Position numbers and translations under genes: made by a program
Notes under the pieces: generated by a model
Told to the model about the DNA's origin: nothing
Seen by the model: the letters and a program-made list of their open reading frames with translations, nothing else
Database searches by the model: none
Shown: positions 1-11,900 of the stretch, piece after piece
Layout: each line of letters begins with the position of its first letter
How positions within the stretch are numbered: position 1 is the stretch's first letter
Assembly (NCBI GenBank): GCA_040954595.2
Contig: CM082591.2
Coordinates: 10,743,309 to 10,807,308, forward strand
Direction of reading: 5' to 3'
Length of the DNA stretch: 64,000 nucleotides
DNA from: Balanoglossus misakiensis
Taxonomy: Eukaryota > Animalia > Hemichordata

Positions 1-1722
1 GGAAAACTTCCTTATGCGCATAGGCCAATCATGTGTTCTGCGCATCACAACAGATTTCCTCAAATAAACGAGGCTGTGTTTGGAAGCAACCATGGAAACT
101 TTAGAACTATCCGTCGATCTACAGAGTCTAGTGGAAAACTTTCTTATCCTCATAGACCTATCATGTGTTCTGCGCATCACAACATAATTTTGTAAACAAC
201 CGAGGCTGTGTTTGGAAGCAACCATGGAAACTTTAGAACTATCCGTCGATCTACAGAGTCTAGTGGAAAACTTTCTTATCCTCATAGACCTATCATGTGT
301 TCTGCGCATCACAACAGAATTTTGTAAACAAACGAGGCTGTGTTTGGAAGCAACCATGGAACTTTAGAACTATCCGTCGATCTACAGAGTCTAGTGGAAA
401 ACTTTCTCATCCTCATAGACCTATCATGTGTTCTGCACATCACAACAGAATTTTGTAAACAAACGAGGCTGTGTTTGGAAGCAACCATGGAAACTTTAGA
501 ACTATCCGTCGATCTACAGAGTCTATACTAGTGGAAAACTTTCTTATGCGCATAGGCCTATCATGTGTTCTGCGCATCACAACAGATTTCCTTAAATAAA
601 CGAGGCTGTGTTTGGAAGCATCCATGGAAATTTCAGAACTATCCGTCGATCTACCGAGTCTATCAGAAAACTTTCTCATGCGCATAGGTCTATCGTGTGT
701 TCTGCGCATCACAACAGAATTTTGTAAACAAACGAGGCTGTGTTTGGAAGCAACCATGGAAACTTTAGAACTATCCGACGTTCTACAGAGTCTAGAGGAA
801 AACTTTCTCATCCTCATAGGCCTATCATGTGTTCTGCGCATCACAACAGAATTTTGTAAACAAACGAGGCTGTGTTTGGAAGCAACCATGGAAACTTTTG
901 AACTATCCGTCGATCTACAGAGTCCAGTGGAAAACTTTATTATCCTCATAGGCTTATCATGTGTTCTGCGCATCACAACAGAATTTTGTAAACAAACGAG
1001 GCTGTGGTTGGAAGCTACCATGGAAACTTTAGAACTATCCGTCGATCTACAGAGTCTAGTGGAGAGCTTTCTTATGCGCGTAGACCTATCATGTGTTCTG
1101 CGCATCACAACAGAATTTTGTAAACAAACGAGGCTGTGTTTGGAAGCAACCATGGAAACTTTAGAACTATCCGTCGTTCTACAGAGTCTAGAGGAAAACT
1201 TTCTCATCCTCATAGGCCTATCATGTGTTCTGCGCATCACAACAGAATTTTGTAAACAAACGAGGCTGTGTTTGGAAGCAACCATGGAAACTTTAGAACT
1301 ATCCGTCGATCTACAGAGTCCAGTGGAAAACTTTATTATCCTCATAGGCTTATCATGTGTTCTGCGCATCACAACAGAATTTTGTAAACAAACGAGGCTG
1401 TGTTTGGAAGCAACCATGGAAACTTTAGAACTATCCGTCGTTCTACAGAGTCTATTGGAAAACTTTCTTATGCGCATAGACCTATCATGTGTTCTGCGCA
1501 TCACAACAGAATTCGGTAAATAAACGAGGGTGTGTTTGGAAGCAACCATGGAAACTTTAGAACTATCCGTCGATCTACAGAGTCTAGTGGAAAACTTTCT
1601 TATGCGCATAGACCTATCATGTGTTCTGCGCATCACAACAGAATTTTGTAAACAAACGAGGCTGTGTTTGGAAGCAACCATGGAAACTTTAGAACTATCC
1701 GTCGATCTACAGAGTCTAGTGG

Positions 1723-4700
1723 AAAACTTTCTTATGCGCATATGTGTTCTGCGCATCACAACAGAATTTTGTAAACAAACGAGGCTGTGTTTGGAAGCAA
1801 CCTTGGAAACTTTAGAACTATCCGTCGTTCTACAGAGTCTAGAGGAAAACTTTCTTATGCGCATATACCTATCATGTGTTCTGCGCATCACAACAGAATT
1901 TTGTAAACAAACGAGGCTGTGTTTGGAAGCAACCATGGAAACTTTAGAACTATCCGTCGTTCTACAGAGTCTAGAGGAAAACTTCCTTATGCGCATAGGC
2001 CAATCATGTGTTCTGCGCATCACAACAGATTTCCTCAAATAAACGAGGCTGTGTTTGGAAGCAACCATGGAAACTTTAGAACTATCCGTCGATCTACAGA
2101 GTCTAGTGGAAAACTTTCTTATCCTCATAGACCTATCATGTGTTCTGCGCATCACAACATAATTTTGTTAACAAACGAGGCTGTGTTTGGAAGCAACCAT
2201 GGAAACTTTAGAACTATCCGTCGATCTACAGAGTCTAGTGGAAAACTTTCTACTCCTCATAGACCTATCATGTGTTCTGCGCATCACAACAGAATTTTGT
2301 AAACAAACGAGGCTGTGTTTGGAAGCAACCATGGAAACTTTAGAACTATCCGTCGATCTACAGAGTCTAGTGGAAAACTTTCTCATCCTCATAGACCTAT
2401 CATGTGTTCTGCGCAACACAACATAATTTTGTAAACAAACGAGGCTGTGTTTGGAAGCAACCATGGAAACTTTAGAACTATCCGTCGATCTACAGAGTCC
2501 AGTGGAAAACTTTCTTATCCTCATAGACCTATCATGTGTTCTGCGAATCACAACAGAATTTTGTAAACAAACGAGGCTGTGTTTGGAAGCAACCATGGAA
2601 CTTTAGAACTATCCGTCGATCTACAGAGTCTAGTGGAAAACTTTCTCATCCTCATAGACCTATCATGTGTTCTGCACATCACAACATAATTTTGTAAACA
2701 AACGAGGCTGTGTTTGGAAGCAACCATGGAAACTTTAGAACTATCCGTCGATCTACAGAGTCTATACTAGTGGAAAACTTTCTTATGAGCATAGGCCTAT
2801 CATGTGTTCTGCGCATCACAACAGATTTCCTTAAATAAACGAGGCTGTGTTTGGAAGCATCCATGGAAATTTTAGAACTATCCGTCGATCTACCGAGTCT
2901 ATCAGAAAACTTTCTCATGCGCATAGGTCTATCGTGTGTTCTGCGCATCACAACAGATTTCCTCAAATAAACGAGGCTGTGTTTGGAAGCAACCATGGAA
3001 ACTTTAGAACTATCCGTCGTTCTACAGAGTCTAGAGGAAAACTTCCTTATGCGCATAGGCCAATCATGTGTTCTGCGCATCACAACATAATTTTGTAAAC
3101 AAACGAGGCTGTGTTTGGAAGCAACCATGGAAATTTTAGAACTATCCGTCGATCTACAGAGTCTAGTGGAAAACTTTCTTATCCTCATAGACCTATCATG
3201 AGTTCTGCGCATCACAACAGAATTTTGTAAACAAACGAGGCTGTGTTTGGAAGCAACCATGGAAACTTTAGAACTATCCGTCGATCTACAGAGTCTAGTG
3301 GAAAACTTTCTCATCCTCATAGACCTATCATGTGTTCTGCGCATCACAACAGAATTTTGTAAACAAACGAGGCTGTGTTTGGAAGCAATCATGGAAACTT
3401 TAGAACTATCCGTCGATCTACAGAGTCTATACTAGTGGAAAACTTTCTTATGCGCATAGGCCTATCATGTGTTCTGCGCATCACAACAGATTTCCTTAAA
3501 TAAACGAGGCTGTGTTTGGAAGCATCCATGGAAATTTTAGAACTATCCGTCGATCTACCGAGTCTATCAGAAAACTTTCTTATGCGCATATGTGTTCTGC
3601 GCATCACAACAGAATTTTGTAAACAAACGAGGCTGTGTTTGGAAGCAACCTTGGAAACTTTAGAACTATCCGTCGTTCTACAGAGTCTAGAGGAAAACTT
3701 TCTTATGCGCATATACCTATCATGTGTTCTGCGCATCACAACAGAATTTTGTAAACAAACGAGGCTGTGTTTGGAAGCAACCATGGAAACTTTAGAACTA
3801 TCCGTCGTTCTACAGAGTCTAGAGGAAAACTTCCTTATGCGCATAGGCCAATCATGTGTTCTGCGCATCACAACAGATTTCCTCAAATAAACGAGGCTGT
3901 GTTTGGAAGCAACCATGGAAACTTTAGAACTATCCGTCGATCTACAGAGTCTAGTGGAAAACTTTCTTATCCTCATAGACCTATCATGTGTTCTGCGCAT
4001 CACAACATAATTTTGTTAACAAACGAGGCTGTGTTTGGAAGCAACCATGGAAACTTTAGAACTATCCGTCGATCTACAGAGTCTAGTGGAAAACTTTCTT
4101 ATCCTCATAGACCTATCATGTGTTCTGCGCATCACAACAGAATTTTGTAAACAAACGAGGCTGTGTTTGGAAGCAACCATGGAAACTTTAGAACTATCCG
4201 TCGATCTACAGAGTCTAGTGGAAAACTTTCTCATCCTCATAGACCTATCATGTGTTCTGCGCAACACAACATAATTTTGTAAACAAACGAGGCTGTGTTT
4301 GGAAGCAACCATGGAAACTTTAGAACTATCCGTCGATCTACAGAGTCCAGTGGAAAACTTTCTTATCCTCATAGACCTATCATGTGTTCTGCGCATCACA
4401 ACAGAATTTTGTAAACAAACGAGGCTGTGTTTGGAAGCAACCATGGAACTTTAGAACTATCCGTCGATCTACAGAGTCTAGTGGAAAACTTTCTCATCCT
4501 CATAGACCTATCATGTGTTCTGCACATCACAACATAATTTTGTAAACAAACGAGGCTGTGTTTCGAAGCAACCATGGAAACTTTAGAACTATCCGTCGAT
4601 CTACAGAGTCTATACTAGTGGAAAACTTTCTTATGAGCATAGGCCTATCATGTGTTCTGCGCATCACAACAGATTTCCTTAAATAAACGAGGCTGTGTTT

Positions 4701-5425
4701 GGAAGCATCCATGGAAATTTTAGAACTATCCGTCGATCTACCGAGTCTATCAGAAAACTTTCTCATGCGCATAGGTCTATCGTGTGTTCTGCGCATCACA
4801 ACAGATTTCCTCAAATAAACGAGGCTGTGTTTGGAAGCAACCATGGAAACTTTAGAACTATCCGTCGTTCTACAGAGTCTAGAGGAAAACTTCCTTATGC
4901 GCATAGGCCAATCATGTGTTCTGCGCATCACAACATAATTTTGTAAACAAACGAGGCTGTGTTTGGAAGCAACCATGGAAATTTTAGAACTATCCGTCGA
5001 TCTACAGAGTCTAGTGGAAAACTTTCTTATCCTCATAGACCTATCATGTGTTCTGCGCATCACAACAGAATTTTGTAAACAAACGAGGCTGTGTTTGGAA
5101 GCAACCATGGAAACTTTAGAACTATCCGTCGATCTACAGAGTCTAGTGGAAAACTTTCTCATCCTCATAGCCCTATCATGTGTTCTGCGCATCACAACAG
5201 AATTTTGTAAACAAACGAGGCTGTGTTTGGAAGCAATCATGGAAACTTTAGAACTATCCGTCGATCTACAGAGTCTATACTAGTGGAAAACTTTCTTATG
5301 CGCATAGGCCTATCATGTGTTCTGCGCATCACAACAGATTTCCTTAAATAAACGAGGCTGTGTTTGGAAGCATCCATGGAAATTTTAGAACTATCCGTCG
5401 ATCTACCGAGTCTATCAGAAAACTT
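1723..5425. repeat. Tandem duplication of a 1848-bp (14-monomer) block
   Basis: ORF pairs 1919/3767, 2168/4016, 2679/4527 and 2847/4695 are all offset by 1848. A private 9-bp deletion (gcgcatatgtg) at ~1741 and ~3589 and tttgttaac at ~2164 and ~4012 are shared. Confidence 0.9.
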
Positions 5426-8400
5426 TCTCATGCGCATAGGTCTATCGTGTGTTCTGCGCATCACAACAGATTTCCTCAAATAAACGAGGGTGTGTTTGGA
5501 AGCAACCATGGAAACTTTAGAACTATCCGTCGATCTACAGAGTTTAGTGGAAAACTTTCTCAGGTGCATAGACCTATCATGTGTTCTGCCGACACAACAG
5601 AATTTTGTAAACAAACGAGGCTGTGTTTGGAAGCAACCATGGAAAATTTAGAACTATCCGTCGATCTACAGAGTCTAGTGGAAAACTTTTTTATCCTCAT
5701 AGGCCTATCATGTGTTCTGCGCATCACAACAGAATTTTGTAAACAAACGAGGCTGTGTTTGGAAGCAACCATGGAAACTTTAGAACTATCCGTCGATCTG
5801 CAGAGTGTAGTGGAAAACTTTCTTATGCGGATAGACCTATCATGTGTTCTGCGCATCACAACAGAATTTTGTAAACAAACGAGGCTGTGTTTGGAAGCAA
5901 CCATGGAAACTTTAGAACTATCCGTCGATCTACAGAGTCTAGTGGAAAACTTTTTTATCCTCATAGGCCTATCATGTGTTCTGCGCATCACAACAGAATT
6001 TTGTAAACAAACGAGGCTGTGTTTGGAAGCAACAATGGAAACTTTAGAACTATCCGTCGATCTACCGAGTCTATCAGAAAACTTTCTCATGCGCATAGGT
6101 CTATCGTGTGTTCTGCGCATCACAACAGAATTTTGTAAACAAACGAGGCTGTGTTTGGAAGCAACCATGGAAACTTTAGAACTATCCGTCGATCTACAGA
6201 GTCTAGTGGAAAACTTTCTTATGTGCATAGGTCTATCATGTGTTCTGCGCATCACAACATAATTTTTTAAACAATCGAGGCTGTGTTTGGAAGCAACCAT
6301 GGAAACTTTAGAACTATCCGTCGATCTACAGAGTGTAGTGGAAAAATTTCTTATGCGCATAGGCCTATCATGTGTTCTGTGCATCACAACAGAATTGGGT
6401 AAATAAACGAGGGTGTGTTTGGAAGCAACCATGGAAACTTTAGAACTATCCGTCGATCGACAGATTCTAGTGGAAAACTTTTTTATGCGCATAGACCTAT
6501 CATGTGTTCTGCGCATCACAACAGAATTTTGTAAACAAACGAGGCTGTGTTTGGAAGCAACCATGGAAACTTTAGAACTATCCGTCGATCTACAGAGTCT
6601 AGTGGAAAACTTTCTCATCCTCATAGACCTATCATGTGTTCTGCGCAACACAACATAATTTTGTAAACAAACGAGGCTGTGTTTGGAAGCAACCATGGAA
6701 ACTTTAGAACTATCCGTCGATCTACAGAGTCCAGTGGAAAACTTTCTTATCCTCATAGACCTATCATGTGTTCTGCGCATCACAACAGAATTTTGTAAAC
6801 AAACGAGGCTGTGTTTGGAAGCAACCATGGAACTTTAGAACTATCCGTCGATCTACAGAGTCTAGTGGAAAACTTTCTCATCCTCATAGACCTATCATGT
6901 GTTCTGCACATCACAACATAATTTTGTAAACAAACGAGGCTGTGTTTGGAAGCAACCATGGAAACTTTAGAACTATCCGTCGATCTACAGAGTCTATACT
7001 AGTGGAAAACTTTCTTATGAGCATAGGCCTATCATGTGTTCTGCGCATCACAACAGATTTCCTTAAATAAACGAGGCTGTGTTTGGAAGCATCCATGGAA
7101 ATTTTAGAACTATCCGTCGATCTACCGAGTCTATCAGAAAACTTTCTCATGCGCATAGGTCTATCGTGTGTTCTGCGCATCACAACAGATTTCCTCAAAT
7201 AAACGAGGCTGTGTTTGGAAGCAACCATGGAAACTTTAGAACTATCCGTCGTTCTACAGAGTCTAGAGGAAAACTTCCTTATGCGCATAGGCCAATCATG
7301 TGTTCTGCGCATCACAACATAATTTTGTAAACAAACGAGGCTGTGTTTGGAAGCAACCATGGAAATTTTAGAACTATCCGTCGATCTACAGAGTCTAGTG
7401 GAAAACTTTCTTATCCTCATAGACCTATCATGTGTTCTGCGCATCACAACAGAATTTTGTAAACAAACGAGGCTGTGTTTGGAAGCAACCATGGAAACTT
7501 TAGAACTATCCGTCGATCTACAGAGTCTAGTGGAAAACTTTCTCATCCTCATAGCCCTATCATGTGTTCTGCGCATCACAACAGAATTTTGTAAACAAAC
7601 GAGGCTGTGTTTGGAAGCAATCATGGAAACTTTAGAACTATCCGTCGATCTACAGAGTCTATACTAGTTGAAAACTTTCTTATGCGCATAGGCCTATCAT
7701 GTGTTCTGCGCATCACAACAGATTTCCTTAAATAAACGAGGCTGTGTTTGGAAGCATCCATGGAAATTTTAGAACTATCCGTCGATCTACCGAGTCTATC
7801 AGAAAACTTTCTCATGCGCATAGGTCTATCGTGTGTTCTGCGCATCACAACAGATTTCCTCAAATAAACGAGGGTGTGTTTGGAAGCAACCATGGAAACT
7901 TTAGAACTATCCGTCGATCTACAGAGTTTAGTGGAAAACTTTCTCAGGTGCATAGACCTATCATGTGTTCTGCGCATCACAACAGAATTTTGTAAACAAA
8001 CGAGGCTGTGTTTGGAAGCAACCATGGAAAATTTAGAACTATCCGTCGATCTACAGAGTCTAGTGGAAAACTTTTTTATCCTCATAGGCCTATCATGTGT
8101 TCTGCGCATCACAACAGAATTTTGTAAACAAACGAGGCTGTGTTTGGAAGCAACCATGGAAACTTTAGAACTATCCGTCGATCTGCAGAGTCTAGTGGAA
8201 AACTTTCTTATGCGGATAGACCTATCATGTGTTCTGCGCATCACAACAGAATTTTGTAAACAAACGAGGCTGTGTTTGGAAGCAACCATGGAAACTTTAG
8301 AACTATCCGTCGATCTACAGAGTCTAGTGGAAAACTTTTTTATCCTCATAGGCCTATCATGTGTTCTGCGCATCACAACAGAATTTTGTAAACAAACGAG

Positions 8401-8990
8401 GCTGTGTTTGGAAGCAACAATGGAAACTTTAGAACTATCCGTCGATCTACCGAGTCTATCAGAAAACTTTCTCATGCGCATAGGTCTATCGTGTGTTCTG
8501 CGCATCACAACAGAATTTTGTAAACAAACGAGGCTGTGTTTGGAAGCAACCATGGAAACTTTAGAACTATCCGTCGATCTACAGAGTCTAGTGGAAAACT
8601 TTCTTATGTGCATAGGTCTATCATGTGTTCTGCGCATCACAACATAATTTTTTAAACAATCGAGGCTGTGTTTGGAAGCAACCATGGAAACTTTAGAACT
8701 ATCCGTCGATCTACAGAGTGTAGTGGAAAAATTTCTTATGCGCATAGGCCTATCATGTGTTCTGTGCATCACAACAGAATTCGGTAAATAAACGAGGGTG
8801 TGTTTGGAAGCAACCATGGAAACTTTAGAACTATCCGTCGATCGACAGATTCTAGTGGAAAACTTTTTTATGCGCATAGACCTATCATGTGTTCTGCGCA
8901 TCACAACAGAATTTTGTAAACAAACGAGGCTGTGTTTGGAAGCAACCATGGAAACTTTAGAACTATCCGTCGATCTACAGAGTCTAGTGG
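4110..8990. repeat. Tandem duplication of a ~2384-bp (18-monomer) block
   Basis: ORF pairs 4527/6911, 4695/7079, 4963/7347 and 5360/7744 are offset by 2384, and 6413/8798 by 2385. Rare variants agccctat, ctcaggtgcat, gatctgcag, gcggatag and gagtgtagt are shared. Confidence 0.88.
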
Positions 8991-11900
8991 AAAACTTTCT
9001 TATCCTCATAGACCTATCATGTGTTCTGCGCATCACAACAGAATTTTGTAAACAAACGAGGCTGTGTTTGGAAGCAACCATGGAAACTTTAGAACTATCC
9101 GTCGATCTACAGAGTCTAGTGGAAAACTTTCTCATCCTCATAGACCTATCATGTGTTCTGCGCATCACAACAGAATTTTGTAAACAAACGAGGCTGTGTT
9201 TGGAAGCAATCATGGAAACTTTAGAACTATCCGTCGATCTACAGAGTCTATACTAGTGGAAAACTTTCTTATGCGCATAGGCCTATCATGTGTTCTGCGC
9301 ATCACAACAGATTTCCTTAAATAAACGAGGCTGTGTTTGGAAGCATCCATGGAAATTTTAGAACTATCCGTCGATCTACCGAGTCTATCAGAAAACTTTC
9401 TCATGCGCATAGGTCTATCGTGTGTTCTGCGCATCACAACAGATTTCCTCAAATAAACGAGGGTGTGTTTGGAAGCAACCATGGAAACTTTAGAACTATC
9501 CGTCGATCTACAGAGTTTAGTGGAAAACTTTCTCAGGTGCATAGACCTATCATGTGTTCTGCGCATCACAACAGAATTTTGTAAACAAACGAGGCTGTGT
9601 TTGGAAGCAACCATGGAAAATTTAGAACTATCCGTCGATCTACAGAGTCTAGTGGAAAACTGTTTTATCCTCATAGGCCTATCATGTGTTCTGCGCATCA
9701 CAACAGAATTTTGTAAACAAACGAGGCTGTGTTTGGAAGCAACCATGGAAACTTTAGAACTATCCGTCGATCTGCAGAGTCTAGTGGAAAACTTTCTTAT
9801 GCGGATAGACCTATCATGTGTTCTGCGCATCACAACAGAATTTTGTAAACAAACGAGGCTGTGTTTGGAAGCAACCATGGAAACTTTAGAACTATCCGTC
9901 GATCTACAGAGTCTAGTGGAAAACTTTTTTATCCTCATAGGCCTATCATGTGTTCTGCGCATCACAACAGAATTTTGTAAACAAACGAGGCTGTGTTTGG
10001 AAGCAACAATGGAAACTTTAGAACTATCCGTCGATCTACCGAGTCTATCAGAAAACTTTCTCATGCGCATAGGTCTATCATGTGTTCTGCGCATCACAAC
10101 AGAATTTTGTAAACAAACGAGGCTGTGTTTGGAAGCAACCATGGAAACTTTAGAACTATCCGTCGATCTACAGAGTCCAGTGGAAAACTTTATTATCCTC
10201 ATAGGCTTATCATGTGTTCTGCGCATCACAACAGACTTTTGTAAACAAACGAGGCTGTGTTTGGAAGCATCCATGGAAATTTTAGAACTATCCGTCGATC
10301 TACAGAGTCTAGTGGAAAACTTTCTCATGCGCATAGACCTATCATGTGTTCTGCGCATCACAACAGATTTCCTCAAATAAACGAGGCTGTGTTTGGAAGC
10401 AACCATGGAAACTTTAGAACTATCCGTCGATCTACAGAGTCTAGTGGAAAACTTTCTTATCCTCATAGACCTATCATGTGTTCTGTGCATCACAACAGAA
10501 TTCGGAAAATAAACGAGGGTGTGTTTGGAAGCAAACATGGAAACTTTAGAACTATCCGTCGATCTACAGAGTCCAGTGGAAAACTTTCTTATCCTCATAG
10601 ACCTATCATGTGTTCTGCGCATCACAACAGAATTTTGTAAACAAACGAGGCTGTGTTTGGAAGCAACCATGGAAACTTTAGAACTATCCGTCGATCGACA
10701 GAGTCTAGTGGAAAACTTTCTTATCCTCATAGGCCTATCATGTGTTCTGCGCATCACAACAGAATTTTGTAAACAAACGAGGCTGTGTTTGGAAGCAACC
10801 ATGGAAACTTTAGAACTATCCGTCGATCTACAGAGTCTAGTGGAAAACTTTCTCATCCTCATAGACCTATCATGTGTTCTGCGCATCACAACAGAATTTT
10901 GTAAACAAACGAGGCTGTGTTTGGAAGCAATCATGGAAACTTTAGAACTATCCGTCGATCTACAGAGTCTATACTAGTGGAAAACTTTCTTATGCGCATA
11001 GGCCTATCATGTGTTCTGCGCATCACAACAGATTTCCTTAAATAAACGAGGCTGTGTTTGGAAGCATCCATGGAAATTTTAGAACTATCCGTCGATCTAC
11101 CGAGTCTATCAGAAAACTTTCTCATGCGCATAGGTCTATCGTGTGTTCTGCGCATCACAACAGATTTCCTCAAATAAACGAGGGTGTGTTTGGAAGCAAC
11201 CATGGAAACTTTAGAACTATCCGTCGATCTACAGAGTTTAGTGGAAAACTTTCTCAGGTGCATTGACCTATCATGTGTTCTGCGCATCACAACAGAATTT
11301 TGTAAACAAACGAGGCTGTGTTTGGAAGCAACCATGGAAAATTTAGAACTATCCGTCGATCTACAGAGTCTAGTGGAAAACTTTTTTATCCTCATAGGCC
11401 TATCATGTGTTCTGCGCATCACAACAGAATTTTGTAAACAAACGAGGCTGTGTTTGGAAGCAACCATGGAAACTTTAGAACTATCCGTCGATCTGCAGAG
11501 TCTAGTGGAAAACTTTCTTATGCGGATAGACCTATCATGTGTTCTGCGCATCACAACAGAATTTTGTAAACAAACGAGGCTGTGTTTGGAAGCAACCATG
11601 GAAACTTTAGAACTATCCGTCGATCTACAGAGTCTAGTGGAAAACTTTTTTATCCTCATAGGCCTATCATGTGTTCTGCGCATCACAACAGAATTTTGTA
11701 AACAAACGAGGCTGTGTTTGGAAGCAACAATGGAAACTTTAGAACTATCCGTCGATCTACCGAGTCTATCAGAAAACTTTCTCATGCGCATAGGTCTATC
11801 GTGTGTTCTGCGCATCACAACAGAATTTTGTAAACAAACGAGGCTGTGTTTGGAAGCAACCATGGAAACTTTAGAACTATCCGTCGATCTACAGAGTCCA

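Noticed and set aside
1-132. Tandem 5S rRNA, tRNA or snRNA gene array
   Set aside because: I recognise no 5S or tRNA sequence, cloverleaf, or Pol III A/B/C boxes. The stems are only ~5 bp.
612-1523. Leu-rich plus-strand repeat (LELSVDLQSLVENFL...) resembling an LRR or solenoid protein
   Set aside because: There is no LxxLxLxxN consensus, frequent in-frame stops are propagated in HORs, and DNA-level identity is far higher than in protein repeats.
5586-5597. Complex change ctgccgacacaac (net -1 bp)
   Set aside because: It is a singleton and the duplicate position near 7972 is consensus. It may be a sequencing or consensus error and cannot be interpreted without reads.
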